From positions 1 to 64,000 of the IMG/VR virus record IMGVR_UViG_3300021440_000013: a stretch of 64,000 nt of DNA, one strand, 5' to 3'. The position numbers were made by a program, and so were the translations under genes. Numbering within the stretch: the stretch's first letter is position 1; every line of letters begins with the position of its first letter. The notes below the pieces were generated by a model. The model searched no databases, had not been told where the DNA came from, and saw only the letters and a program-made list of their open reading frames with translations. Positions 29,331 to 39,530 of this stretch are shown here, in pieces.

Positions 29331-30455
29331 ATGGCCGTAGACATTCTTCAGACCGCGAACGCCACTCTGACCGCAGTGAGTAAAGCGATCGATTACGTTA
29401 AGAACAACATCGTTGGACACGTTCATGACAGTTCCCTCACCGAGGTGACTAAGCTCACGCGTGCGGAGCCTCTTACGATCATCTCACAAGATTGTTCGAA
29501 CCTAGAGTATCTTCCTGACGTTTTGAATGTGGTGGCAAGCATCTACTCGGGTTACTTTTTGCAAGCGGTAGCGATGCTGACGACGGTGAATAACATCGAA
29601 GTCGTGCGCATCTTGGATCGCCTTAACCCAGACCGTGATTCAACAGGTTTTTTGCTTCAAGGCCGAATGACGACGGAGTCGATCGGTCTACAGATGAAGG
29701 ATAACTATAAATACAGCTTGCCAACCAAGAGCGTGCTTGCTATGGAAGCTGCCCTTCAAGATGACCGGGGCTTTGATACTTCGAACTCGAAGAATATTTA
29801 CGAGACCTCTAACCTGGCTGTTGGTAAGCTGATCAACGTAGGCATCACGGTTAAAGATAACGAGGGATCAAGCCAGATCGTGAACGTGCCGGTCTCTGTT
29901 CGTCTCTCGCCCGCGATTCTCAATGAAGAGACGCTGACACACATCTTTACGCACCGTAAGCTTGACACGGGCTTTGTAGAGCGTTATCACTCATGGCGAT
30001 CGGGCAGGATCTCCCTGATTAAGGATATGATCTTCTGTCAAGATCTTATCTCGGCTTATCGGCGTGCCGCCATTAAGGATAAGTCCGGTACGCTTAATGA
30101 GATCGTGCGTCGTGTTAACAACGCACGTGCCTATGGCCTTCTGACCCAGAACCCGTCGCTCGCCGTAGCAAGCAATATCTATATCCTGTCGAAAGATTCG
30201 GCACAGGCCATCGAAGCTAAGGTGGGGCAGCGTTTTAACAACCAGAAGGGTCGTGAAAAGCTTCTCGAGGACACCTACGCCATGATCGTCTGCATCATCG
30301 ATCCAGAATGGGAGCAGGCCACGGTGTATTTTAACGGCATCGCTTACCCTTCGACGATTTCACTGCGTGCCATTAAGAGCGGTAGCAAGAACAAGGGACC
30401 TGACGTGGGCGATATCATGCGCTCGCTGCTTGAAGGTCGCGCCCCCACGTTTTAA
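29331..30455 (+). CDS. Inner-body head protein (gp89-like)
   Basis: SSLTEVTKLTRAEP, NLAVGKLI, GRISLIKDMIFCQDLI motifs; GGAGG SD; AME site. Confidence 0.7.
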   Translation: MAVDILQTANATLTAVSKAIDYVKNNIVGHVHDSSLTEVTKLTRAEPLTIISQDCSNLEYLPDVLNVVASIYSGYFLQAVAMLTTVNNIEVVRILDRLNPDRDSTGFLLQGRMTTESIGLQMKDNYKYSLPTKSVLAMEAALQDDRGFDTSNSKNIYETSNLAVGKLINVGITVKDNEGSSQIVNVPVSVRLSPAILNEETLTHIFTHRKLDTGFVERYHSWRSGRISLIKDMIFCQDLISAYRRAAIKDKSGTLNEIVRRVNNARAYGLLTQNPSLAVASNIYILSKDSAQAIEAKVGQRFNNQKGREKLLEDTYAMIVCIIDPEWEQATVYFNGIAYPSTISLRAIKSGSKNKGPDVGDIMRSLLEGRAPTF

Positions 30456-30473
30456 TCTCCCTGGAGTCCACAA

Positions 30474-31388
30474 ATGAATATCCTTAATTTCACCAAGAAG
30501 CTCCTCCCACGCATTGAGCGCCACACGGTCTTGGAAGATCTACGCACGACAGAAAAAGAGTGCGTCAATATCGCCATACCAACCTGGAGCGCAGCGGCCG
30601 ATCACTTCAAGATGCTCGGCTTAAAGTCCGATCGCCTTGAAGACATGTCGTTTAACTTCTATCGCAACTTCAACCTGAATAAGGCTTCGAAGGGCGTTAA
30701 CTTCGTTCAAGATATCGCGCGGCGTCTCGAAAACTTTCACAACAACGTGGTGTTTTTGCAATCAGTGATCGATAAGTATCTGGAAAAAGATATCATCGCT
30801 GAAGGCTTGACGATCCGTTCGGCTTTTGTGCTGCGCTCGGGCTCGAACATGTCGTTTGTGTCCCGCTACGTGCTTAACCTGCTTAACTACATTTACACGG
30901 TTGAGGCGGAAGCGGTGGATGTGAAACTGGATGCCTCGCTTCAGATCTCTCCGGCCGAGATGCGTTACGTCGAACAAAACTTTGTTCGTTTTGTCAAGCT
31001 CTTTAGTGACTACTCGATCGATCCGAAGGTCTATAAAGCCCGTGTGGGTGAAAAGCCTGACGTCTTTTTGGCTTCAAACAACGGGCAAGCTGTGTCGGGG
31101 TTTTTTGCAGGCTCGACCGTGGACTCACTGGACCAAGTCGGCCTGGCAGGTTTCGTGGGTAATCCGATTTATCGTATTCGCTTGGTGGTGGCTAAATGGC
31201 AGAATGATCGCTATGAGTCCGCTAAGGCTAAGAAGCAGCAGCTTGAGCTGCGTCTGACTTACCTGAAGAGCCACGAAGAACACACAGAAGACCCCAGTAT
31301 CGGTCGCGAGATTGAACGGCTTCAGTCGCGCATCGAGGGCTTCGATAAGTATCTGCGTGAAGTTGAAGAATCCATCGCCGAGGAATAA
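30474..31388 (+). CDS. Inner-body head protein (gp90-like)
   Basis: GNPIYRIRL..WQ..RYE motif, C-terminal coiled coil; gene order. Confidence 0.65.
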   Translation: MNILNFTKKLLPRIERHTVLEDLRTTEKECVNIAIPTWSAAADHFKMLGLKSDRLEDMSFNFYRNFNLNKASKGVNFVQDIARRLENFHNNVVFLQSVIDKYLEKDIIAEGLTIRSAFVLRSGSNMSFVSRYVLNLLNYIYTVEAEAVDVKLDASLQISPAEMRYVEQNFVRFVKLFSDYSIDPKVYKARVGEKPDVFLASNNGQAVSGFFAGSTVDSLDQVGLAGFVGNPIYRIRLVVAKWQNDRYESAKAKKQQLELRLTYLKSHEEHTEDPSIGREIERLQSRIEGFDKYLREVEESIAEE

Positions 31389-31391
31389 GTC

Positions 31392-32000
31392 ATGACACGT
31401 GTTTTTGTGCTGCAATCTGGTTTTGTGACCACCGTGGCCGATAAGCTCGTGCGTAGTGCCGACAAGGACATCAGCTTCAGGGATAGTCTTTTTGTGCTAG
31501 ATTACCGTGTCACCGACACGAGTAATTATTACGACGAAGAAGTCGAGCAGCTCTTTCAGCAATTCAGGCGTGATAACTCGGTTCTGGAAAAGTTCGAGTT
31601 CCGAGAAGGCGTCTTACGCACGGTGTATCGTCTTTTTAAAAGCGAAACCATCGTGCCGTGGCTTCGACTCCAGATGGAGCAGCGCACGGTTGGATATCTG
31701 CATAAGCGTTTTTTGCGTGATGTGCTGGAAAATATCCTTAGCGGTAAAGCTCGGGAAATGGAGAACTACCAATACTACCGCTTGCTTTTGGCAAGCGAGA
31801 TTTCTCGAAACGCTCCACATAAGCCGGACGATACTGACGCGCTTTTAAAAGTCTTCATTGACAGCGAACACTCGAATTTGATCTCCGACATTCTTTGTAG
31901 CTGGACACGCAACATGCGTGGAGTCGCAGATGTGATCGGCGTTCTACACGTGCTTTTTGGTCCACGGCACGGCCCGGTGAGTGTTGCCTCTGGAGCATAG
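31392..32000 (+). CDS. Hypothetical virion-cluster protein
   Basis: 202 aa, GAGGA SD. Confidence 0.6.
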   Translation: MTRVFVLQSGFVTTVADKLVRSADKDISFRDSLFVLDYRVTDTSNYYDEEVEQLFQQFRRDNSVLEKFEFREGVLRTVYRLFKSETIVPWLRLQMEQRTVGYLHKRFLRDVLENILSGKAREMENYQYYRLLLASEISRNAPHKPDDTDALLKVFIDSEHSNLISDILCSWTRNMRGVADVIGVLHVLFGPRHGPVSVASGA

Positions 32001-32004
32001 CGCC

Positions 32005-33621
32005 ATGACGATCTACGCGATTGAAGAGCTTCAAGGCTTTGATGGGCTTGAGATCGAGGAGTTGGTCAATAAGGAGCAAGAAACCGCTAAAACCGGTGAG
32101 TATGCAGAACTTAAAGACTACGTTGACGGTGTCGTCGAGGCGCAGCAAGAAAGTGACGACACGTCAGACTCAGGTGAAAGTGATCAAGGTGAAACGGGCG
32201 AGCAAACCGATACTGATAGTGGCGCTGATCCATCTAGTGGCAACGACGCTGATGGCGATGAGTCGACCGGTGAGTCTTCTGACGATGGTTCCTCCGATTC
32301 CGACGACGGCGCTTCTACCAAGGAGGATCAGTCAAAAGGAGCAGGTGAGGATCAAAAAAACGATCCTGAGAGCAAAAAAGACAGTAAAGAGAACACGGAT
32401 GCCGAGGACGAAGAAGACGGTGCGCTAACTGAGAAAGACGGTAAGCGCACTACTGTGGCGGCTGAAAGCTTACGCGAAGAGTATTACGATCGACTGATCC
32501 TTGAAAGTATTGACGGCCAGGACGTCAAAGACGTACTTCATAGCGGGGTTAGGTTGTTGGGCTCGGCTGCCGTCGTAGTGGGGCAGTTCGGCCTTGAGAC
32601 ACTTGGACGTCTTGCAGCGATCCTGCGTGATCTAGGGATCCAATACTCACCAGTGGTCATCAAAGCGATCAAGATGGGTGCGATCTACCTTTTTACCAAA
32701 TCGGTCACATCGCTCTTCAAGCTCATCGTGGGGGTCTCTGACTGGGGTAGACGCTATTATCGAAACATCGATAAACGTCAAAAAGAGATCCGTGATCTTC
32801 GTGCTGCGCTTGAGAAGCTTAAGACCTTGGAGGAAAAACCCAGCCTCGAGGGTAAACGTTTCGTACAAAGCGATGTTCTTTCATGGCTCACCACCAAGTC
32901 TGGCGTGAGTCCTATGAAGTCGGCTGACGTGCTATCCCGTTTTTTTAAAACGGCAGTCACTGAAATCGACCGCGCCATGCAGTACGATGTGGGTTTGGTT
33001 AAAAAGCTGATCGAACTCTCAGAAACCGGAGTTCGTGGTGAACTCATCGGCTACCTGAAGGTCCAGCCTTTTTCCGGAGCGTTTCTTAAGCGCAACGTCA
33101 AGGGCTATGTGAAGGATCCTGAGCTCGTGGAGAGCTTCGTTTATCGCGAAGCTCTCCCAGATTCGGTTCTCTTTGTGGCGACGCTGCCACGTAGTGATCT
33201 GAAGGATATGGAGGTGATCGGACACGCCTACACGGCGGCAGGGATCTTTTTAGCCGTCGACGATCAGTCTAGACCTTCGGCTGACGGTATAGATTATATG
33301 GACATTGAGGCATTGATAAAATACCTAGATGTTCTGGAGGGACTTTGCGAGACCGCCAAAACCCATAAGGCGTTCTTTGCACGCGTCGTTAAAGACGCCG
33401 AAGCGCTCAAGTTCGGTTATAAGCACTACTATCAAAAAATGGTTGAAAGTAAAGAGCAAGCGACAGTTAGATCGTCCTTGGTCGAATACGTCTACCATAA
33501 GCAAAGCTTCACCACCAAGGTGTATGCGCCCGCTGCGATGGATGTGCACGATTACATAACCGCCTATCTGTTGAGAGCGCTTCGTTTTGCTAAAGATAAC
33601 GTAAAAGCGTTGTCGCCGTAA
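32005..33621 (+). CDS. Internal head protein with long acidic propeptide (gp92-like)
   Basis: ATG 32005 with GGAG SD; D/E/S/G-rich stretch; AIE and AAE sites. Confidence 0.6.
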   Translation: MTIYAIEELQGFDGLEIEELVNKEQETAKTGEYAELKDYVDGVVEAQQESDDTSDSGESDQGETGEQTDTDSGADPSSGNDADGDESTGESSDDGSSDSDDGASTKEDQSKGAGEDQKNDPESKKDSKENTDAEDEEDGALTEKDGKRTTVAAESLREEYYDRLILESIDGQDVKDVLHSGVRLLGSAAVVVGQFGLETLGRLAAILRDLGIQYSPVVIKAIKMGAIYLFTKSVTSLFKLIVGVSDWGRRYYRNIDKRQKEIRDLRAALEKLKTLEEKPSLEGKRFVQSDVLSWLTTKSGVSPMKSADVLSRFFKTAVTEIDRAMQYDVGLVKKLIELSETGVRGELIGYLKVQPFSGAFLKRNVKGYVKDPELVESFVYREALPDSVLFVATLPRSDLKDMEVIGHAYTAAGIFLAVDDQSRPSADGIDYMDIEALIKYLDVLEGLCETAKTHKAFFARVVKDAEALKFGYKHYYQKMVESKEQATVRSSLVEYVYHKQSFTTKVYAPAAMDVHDYITAYLLRALRFAKDNVKALSP

Positions 33622-33770
33622 AGATATACCGGTTACACGTGGCTCGGTGTAACCGGTTTAGCCATCTTACGTCTGTTAAGGTGGTGGCCCACCTGTTAAA
33701 GGTGGGCCAAAACCCCTAGAGCCTCCAAACGTTTGGAACAAACCTTTTTTCGAAAAACAGGAGTATCACT

Positions 33771-35138
33771 ATGCGTTACAATTCTGGCCTGATCGCTTCC
33801 ATGGAAGAAATCGACAACGACCCGATCACCAATGATGTCGAAGCCGCTGAAGTCGCTGCGACCGTTGCTGACGAGTCCGCTGAAATCCAAACCGAAGGTG
33901 ACGAAATCGGTACTTCCGTCACCGAGATCGAAGATGCTGTCCAAGGTGGCGAAGAACTCGAAGCCATCGGTGAAGTAGCCGTCGACGCCGTCGAATCCGG
34001 CGAAGGTCTCTCCGAAGATGCCGCCGAAGTGGCCTCGATCGCTATCGAATCGATCCGTAACCGCCTGGGCTTCCGTGCCGATACCCGTCTGGTGCCGGCA
34101 ACCGAATCCTTCGGTAACAGCAACACCCGCCTGATGTCGACCCGCCTGGTTGTTGAAGGCGTGATGGACTCCATCAAGAAGATCTGGGCAGCCATCAAAG
34201 CCGCCGTGCTGCGCGTGTGGGATAAGATCAAGTCCTTCACGGCCAAGCTCTTTAACAGCGCCACCATGCTGGGCAAGCATGTCGAAAGTCTGCGTGCCCG
34301 TGCGCGCGATCTGCCTTCGAACGCCAAGCTGAAGGAGAAGAAGATCTCCACCGGTATCGCCGGTCAGATCAATGACGGCAAGACCGCCAACATGGCTTCG
34401 TTGAAAAAGATCTCTGAAAACACCCTGGCTCTGGTTGGTGTTGCCGGCGATATGTCCGAAGCTCAAAAGACCGTCTCGGCCGAAGCTCAAACGCTGGCTT
34501 CCGGGGAAATCAACCAGGCTTCCGTTAAGAAGTTCCTGGCTGCCCAATCTGCTGCAAGCTCCAAGATCCTGGCCGCTCTGTCCAAGATCAATGTCTCCAA
34601 TGAGCTGGCTGCTCAGGCTTCTACTCGTGGTCCGAAAGCAGCCAAGGGTTCCAAGACCATCACCAAGGCCTTTGGTCCGTTCGTGGGTAACACCCTCCTG
34701 GTCGTGGATGAAAACGAAAGTGAATTCCTGGGCACCAAGGTTTCACGTATCACTCTGTCCTTCCAAGCCCCGAAGGGTAAAGCTGCCGACAAGGTCGATG
34801 CACTGAATCCCGGTGAAATCCAAGAAATCCTGGGCATCGCCAACAAGATGGCTCTGGTGCTGCAAGACTTCAAGAAAGTCCAAGGCAACTACGACACCAT
34901 CACCAAAGCCACCACTAAGCTGGCTGACACCGTGATGTCGAACAGCCAGAAGATCCTGGATAAGACCGGTTCTGATTCCGAGACCCGTCAAGGTCTGCAA
35001 GAACTGAAGACCGAAGTCAATGCCGGTATCGCCGCCATGAACGCTTTTGGTAGCCGCGCCCCGGCACTGGTGTTCCAGCTGGTGAAAGCCATGGCTGACT
35101 ACGCTTCGATCAGTATGCGTAACCTGGAAGCCGCCTAA
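33771..35138 (+). CDS. Abundant internal head protein (phiKZ gp93-family-like)
   Basis: Acidic propeptide, SME/AIE/ATESF sites, EG...IKKIWAAIKAAV amphipathic motif, strong codon bias. Confidence 0.75.
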   Translation: MRYNSGLIASMEEIDNDPITNDVEAAEVAATVADESAEIQTEGDEIGTSVTEIEDAVQGGEELEAIGEVAVDAVESGEGLSEDAAEVASIAIESIRNRLGFRADTRLVPATESFGNSNTRLMSTRLVVEGVMDSIKKIWAAIKAAVLRVWDKIKSFTAKLFNSATMLGKHVESLRARARDLPSNAKLKEKKISTGIAGQINDGKTANMASLKKISENTLALVGVAGDMSEAQKTVSAEAQTLASGEINQASVKKFLAAQSAASSKILAALSKINVSNELAAQASTRGPKAAKGSKTITKAFGPFVGNTLLVVDENESEFLGTKVSRITLSFQAPKGKAADKVDALNPGEIQEILGIANKMALVLQDFKKVQGNYDTITKATTKLADTVMSNSQKILDKTGSDSETRQGLQELKTEVNAGIAAMNAFGSRAPALVFQLVKAMADYASISMRNLEAA

Positions 35139-35180
35139 TCGGCCGGTGGTATTTAATCTTCTCTCTATGAGTAGATAACT

Positions 35181-35213
35181 CTAGCTGGAGGGCGTGAGCC
35201 CTCCAGCTAGTTT
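35181..35213 (+). terminator. Terminator hairpin
   Basis: CTAGCTGGAGGG-CGTGAG-CCCTCCAGCTAG TTT. Confidence 0.75.
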
Positions 35214-35220
35214 GATCACA

Positions 35221-35263
35221 ATCCTGTTCCTAAGAAAACTCAAACATATATATCCTACTTGAC
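35221..35263 (+). promoter_or_regulatory. Putative early promoter
   Basis: ATCCTGTTCCTAAG...CATATATATCCTACTTGAC matches the motif before chmA. Confidence 0.5.
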
Positions 35264-35321
35264 CGATACTTACACAAGTATCACTTTTCTGTAGTAAAAC
35301 CTGATCAAGGAGAAACAGATC

Positions 35322-36290
35322 ATGTCCGCATCCATCCTGAGTACCGCCCTTTCCGGTGTCAAGCTCTTTAACCTTTTCGATGAGGTTAAAGTAAAGAAAG
35401 CCGCCAAGGGACCCACGGTGCCTGTTGTTGAAAGTCTGACGAACTCGGCGGTTGACTTCGCGACGCAATTCAACATCGGCATTAACCCCTACACGGGAGT
35501 AAACCGCAACCTGCCTTTCTGGAAGGCAGGAGGCTACTCCAGTATGGCAGAGAAAGTTCTGGATCATGACCGGTTTTGTCTTGAAAAAGACATTCGTGAC
35601 ATGGTAAGTGAGCTCTCCGAGCTGGAGAGTGATTTCGTCGCCGCCAAGCGAAAAGAAGCAATTTCGCTTGAAAAGAAAATAGGTGAGCTGAAACTGAAGC
35701 TGGCCAAAAAGGTCTTGAAGTTGGAAAGCGTTGTAAAGAAGTTGGTGAAAGAATACGGTTTCCAGAGCTGGTATGGCGATTTGTTTTCTTATCCCACCGA
35801 TGCTCAGGGCACTGACGTCGCCGCCGTGCCCCAAGCCACAACCAGCCCGAAGGCAGAGAACGTCGCTCCTGAAACGGTGGCCACTCCGGCTCCGGTACTC
35901 CTGTCCGGCGAGGAACTTGCCAAGCGTTTTATGGAAGAACTCCTCAATACGGCGTTTTTGGCTGAACTCGCCAAGAAGCAGCCAGGCGAAGCAGAGCTGG
36001 CTGACCACATCCGGCACCGCGGTGAAGCTGTCATCCTTGGCTTGAAGGACCAAACTGACCCCGACGACTTTAAAGTTTTCTACGAAGCATTTAAAGAAAA
36101 CTACTCTTCTTCCGAGGAGCCGGAGCTGAAGGTGATCGAACCTGCCATCGTTGAGGTGGTCATGGAGGATGGCGAGCCTCGGAGCTTGGAGGAGCTGGTG
36201 AAAGCCGCCGGACCCAGCAGCGCCACGCTCATGGCTGAGAAGTTGGCCAAAGCCGCGAAGGCGGTCCAAAAGGCTAAGCGGAGGAAATAA
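35322..36290 (+). CDS. Hypothetical early protein
   Basis: 322 aa, AAGGAG SD, coiled coil, terminator at 36306..36346. Confidence 0.7.
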   Translation: MSASILSTALSGVKLFNLFDEVKVKKAAKGPTVPVVESLTNSAVDFATQFNIGINPYTGVNRNLPFWKAGGYSSMAEKVLDHDRFCLEKDIRDMVSELSELESDFVAAKRKEAISLEKKIGELKLKLAKKVLKLESVVKKLVKEYGFQSWYGDLFSYPTDAQGTDVAAVPQATTSPKAENVAPETVATPAPVLLSGEELAKRFMEELLNTAFLAELAKKQPGEAELADHIRHRGEAVILGLKDQTDPDDFKVFYEAFKENYSSSEEPELKVIEPAIVEVVMEDGEPRSLEELVKAAGPSSATLMAEKLAKAAKAVQKAKRRK

Positions 36291-36383
36291 GCCTTAATGG
36301 AAAGCGCTGGGGAGAGTAAAAACTCCCCAGCATTCTCTATTTTTTTGGTAGTTTAAAACTACCCTTTAAAAAGGAGACAAATC

Positions 36384-36809
36384 ATGGCTGCCGTGATTGG
36401 ACCCAATCATTACGTGACTGGGCAGGTACTACGTTGTCCGTATGGTCAGGCGTGTGATAAACATGAAGAACGCCTCGCTGAAGTGCGTGTGGTAGGTGAA
36501 ACAGATAGCTCTGGAAGCGAACTGGTCGATATGTGCCAGGAATGTTTTCAAGATTACCTGCGCGATAAAAGGGACGCGCAAGACGAGTTGGTGCGTTGTC
36601 AGCTGTGCGGTTCATTGACAGACACGTGCAAAGCGTGGAAAGACCCCGAAGAAGGCTGGGGTGGTCCGCAGTATCAAGCCTGTCAAACATGTCGACACCA
36701 GCGAGAAGAGGCGTTTGCTGAGTCGCTCATCGATGAGGCTGAGGATAACAGCGACGAAGTCGACTATGATGAACTCGTTTTTGGTGTTGAACTTGAAGAC
36801 GACGATTGA
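36384..36809 (+). CDS. Cys-rich zinc-finger-like protein
   Basis: CDKH, CQEC, CQLC, CQTC pairs; AAGGAG SD; acidic tail; terminator at 36815..36855. Confidence 0.7.
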   Translation: MAAVIGPNHYVTGQVLRCPYGQACDKHEERLAEVRVVGETDSSGSELVDMCQECFQDYLRDKRDAQDELVRCQLCGSLTDTCKAWKDPEEGWGGPQYQACQTCRHQREEAFAESLIDEAEDNSDEVDYDELVFGVELEDDD

Positions 36810-36900
36810 TAGCCAGGTGGGGTGGGTTTTGGCCCACCCCACCTTTTTCTTTTTTATCTCTTTCTATGGTGTGACCAGTCTTTTATGGATAGAGTGTAAA

Positions 36901-37398
36901 ATGGAAAGTCCGTATGTGTGTAAAATAAGAGAGCTTTTAAAGAACGTCACCTTGGTTCTGATGGGGGACCTGGATAAGATTTGTGACCACGAGATTCTGC
37001 GATCGATTAAGACGATCATCGATGAAATACCTTCCGATTCAATTGACTGGGGAGAGGTCGTGCCAATTCGAATTAACCTCACCAAAGTCAACTTTACTTT
37101 GGCGCATTATGCCGCACTGTCTGGGAGCCTTCCTAAGGGCTTTATAGCGTGGTCGATCAGTGCGCTGATAGGTAACCGCAGTGTGAGTGTAGCGGAGATT
37201 GCAGCGCGTTTTAATAGCCTTCCTGAGGATTTTAAAGACTGGCATCTCGCTGATGAAAAAGGATGGTCGGTTGCGCACGTCTACGCATCACTTCGACCCA
37301 TGCCAGAAAGTTTTACCCAGTGGGACTTATCCACTGTAAACGATGTGACGGTGCGTGATATCGCGCAGTATGTAAACTCGACAGGCTACCCTCAATAA
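36901..37398 (+). CDS. Hypothetical protein with ankyrin-like repeats
   Basis: Repeated W.L.D..G.(T/S)(L/V)AH.AA units; ATG 36901. Confidence 0.5.
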   Translation: MESPYVCKIRELLKNVTLVLMGDLDKICDHEILRSIKTIIDEIPSDSIDWGEVVPIRINLTKVNFTLAHYAALSGSLPKGFIAWSISALIGNRSVSVAEIAARFNSLPEDFKDWHLADEKGWSVAHVYASLRPMPESFTQWDLSTVNDVTVRDIAQYVNSTGYPQ

Positions 37399-37416
37399 AA
37401 GAAAGGTTTTTTAAAA

Positions 37417-37875
37417 ATGCAAGAAACCGTACTCGACATCGAAGACGCTGTGATTGTGAATGAGACTTCGCGTGAAGCGGTCGCTAAGAAACCGACGCTG
37501 GTCGTGAAGATTGATCGACATTCACCCTTTACCCCTTTGCCGTTTGTCTTTCTGGGTATGGGGGATGTGAATAAGCGCTACCATGCGTGGCTTAACCAAA
37601 AGGTTAAAGACACGCTAAACGATCTGGGTCACGAGACCAATAAAGAAGGCAAGCTGCGTAAGCGCTATATGGAGGCGGTTAACTTCATGCGCACGCTGGT
37701 CTTTTTGGCTGACAGTCTTACGAGCCATGAAGGGTTTGAGATCGTCTACACGGGTGTTCCGCTGCCCAAGAAGATCGAGTTCACGCCGGCGGTGCGTCAG
37801 GTGGTAGAGGACAGCAAAGAGCTGTTCTTGGCGTTGAAGGGGTATTATGCACCTGAAGTTAAACAGGCTGGATAA
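37417..37875 (+). CDS. Hypothetical protein
   Basis: 152-aa ORF followed by hairpin 37896..37927. Confidence 0.65.
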   Translation: MQETVLDIEDAVIVNETSREAVAKKPTLVVKIDRHSPFTPLPFVFLGMGDVNKRYHAWLNQKVKDTLNDLGHETNKEGKLRKRYMEAVNFMRTLVFLADSLTSHEGFEIVYTGVPLPKKIEFTPAVRQVVEDSKELFLALKGYYAPEVKQAG

Positions 37876-37922
37876 ATAAAGTCTTAACAGAGATCGGGAT
37901 ACAGGGGCTTTACGGCCCCTGT

Positions 37923-37966
37923 ATCCCTGTTTGTAAATCGTTTTAGACCATGTACATCTTACGTGA
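37923..37966 (+). promoter_or_regulatory. Putative early promoter
   Basis: ATCCCTGTTTGTAAA...CCATGTACATCTTACGTGA, upstream of the nvRNAP operon. Confidence 0.6.
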
Positions 37967-38004
37967 ATCTTTACCCCTACTCTTTTTTACGAGGTGTTTT
38001 TATC

Positions 38005-39444
38005 ATGGAAACGACTCAGCAAAACAAACCCAAGAAATCACGCCGTCCTGTCCCGGTCCCTCCTCGGTTCGTGGAGATGGACTCCACGCCTTCGAAGCAA
38101 AGCACGTTCGGGCAGTTTGAAAGAACGATGGTGATACACAACTTCACCAACCATCTTCTCTACATCCGTGACTCACGCGACTTTGTGTCGGTCGTTGAGC
38201 CCGAGAGCACAGTCAGACCGCGCCATACGAATATCGGTGGACACATTTCAGTTACTGAGACCTACACGATCCGTGGGGTAGATGCGGCTCGCCTTAACGC
38301 GATGCTTGTCGATCAGCATGTCTTAACGTCAACCATCAATCCTAACGTCGCAACAGCGTTTAAAAACTGTTACGACGAAAAGATCAAGGATGCGCAGGAT
38401 CGCTACGGCAGTCAACTTGATCCGAGAAGGATCAAGAACATGGTGGTCTCTTTCTCGCTGATTTGCACCTACACGCTTGAAAACCTCCGCATCAACCAAG
38501 TCATTCACTGTAAAGACGCGGGTGTGGTGATAGGTCTTAATGAGGAAGCTCTTGGTCACGTCTATCCGAACTCTGAGTTTTTGATTCAGACCAAGGATTT
38601 TACCGATGGGAAGTTTTACCGCGACGAAGTGTATAGCTCACTTCGTCTGGTCGACAATCACAATGAGATCGGCGATCAATACATCTGGCTTTTGAATGGT
38701 GTGCGCCACATTCCTGCGGTAAAGGACAGCTCGGTGGAGTCAGGGCTTTACGTGGTGGCGCCGCGTGCATGCACTGGTGAGATCGTGCATAGCGCAACGC
38801 GTTATTCGTTCGCTGACGCGCAGCGCTTGTTCCATATTCGCAGTACACAAAAAGAAGCCGTCGAGGCAGGTAACCCTCAGGTGTCTGAAGAAGTCGCTGT
38901 TAAGACCATTGAGAAAGAGACTAAGCTTCTTTCTGCCCAGGGTAAAAAGGAAGAGGCAGAGCACTCCACGCTCAAGAACCTCATTCAGAGTCTTCTGGCC
39001 TCCAAGGGCCTTGAAGACAGTCTTAATAAGTCTAAGGAAGAAAAGCGCCTTTCAGAAGAAAAGGCGCGCTTAGAAAGCGAAGAACGCGAGCGTAAAGCAA
39101 GCTACGAAAAACGTCGTATGGAGATGGAAGAAGCCGAGCGTCAACGTAAGGCTGAGTTTGAAGACAGTGAGCGTCGGCGCCGGCTTGAACTTGAAGAGTT
39201 CGAGCGTCAGCGTAAAACCCAAGCTGAAGATCTTGAACGCCGTATCAAACTGGAGTTTGAACAGCGTAAAGTGGAGCTTGACCGAATCTCGCAACTTAAC
39301 AAGATGAATACGGAGAAACGACTTAACCGGAACAAGGAGCGTTCCGAGAAGACCAAGATTCTTGGTGACATTATGAAAGCGGCGCCGGCGATATTCTTGG
39401 GTGCCTTGGGGTTATTCGCGATCTTTAAAACGCGAAGCGCCTAA
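38005..39444 (+). CDS. Coiled-coil protein with C-terminal hydrophobic anchor (gp122-like position)
   Basis: GAGGTG SD at ATG 38005; E/R/K-rich repeats; APAIFLGALGLFAIF tail. Confidence 0.65.
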   Translation: METTQQNKPKKSRRPVPVPPRFVEMDSTPSKQSTFGQFERTMVIHNFTNHLLYIRDSRDFVSVVEPESTVRPRHTNIGGHISVTETYTIRGVDAARLNAMLVDQHVLTSTINPNVATAFKNCYDEKIKDAQDRYGSQLDPRRIKNMVVSFSLICTYTLENLRINQVIHCKDAGVVIGLNEEALGHVYPNSEFLIQTKDFTDGKFYRDEVYSSLRLVDNHNEIGDQYIWLLNGVRHIPAVKDSSVESGLYVVAPRACTGEIVHSATRYSFADAQRLFHIRSTQKEAVEAGNPQVSEEVAVKTIEKETKLLSAQGKKEEAEHSTLKNLIQSLLASKGLEDSLNKSKEEKRLSEEKARLESEERERKASYEKRRMEMEEAERQRKAEFEDSERRRRLELEEFERQRKTQAEDLERRIKLEFEQRKVELDRISQLNKMNTEKRLNRNKERSEKTKILGDIMKAAPAIFLGALGLFAIFKTRSA

Positions 39445-39530
39445 CACTAAACCTTAAGGAGAACTTTTTTCTGGTAAAGACCAGATCCCCTGGTCTCTAA
39501 TAATCGGAGATTGAAAAACACTTAACCGCT

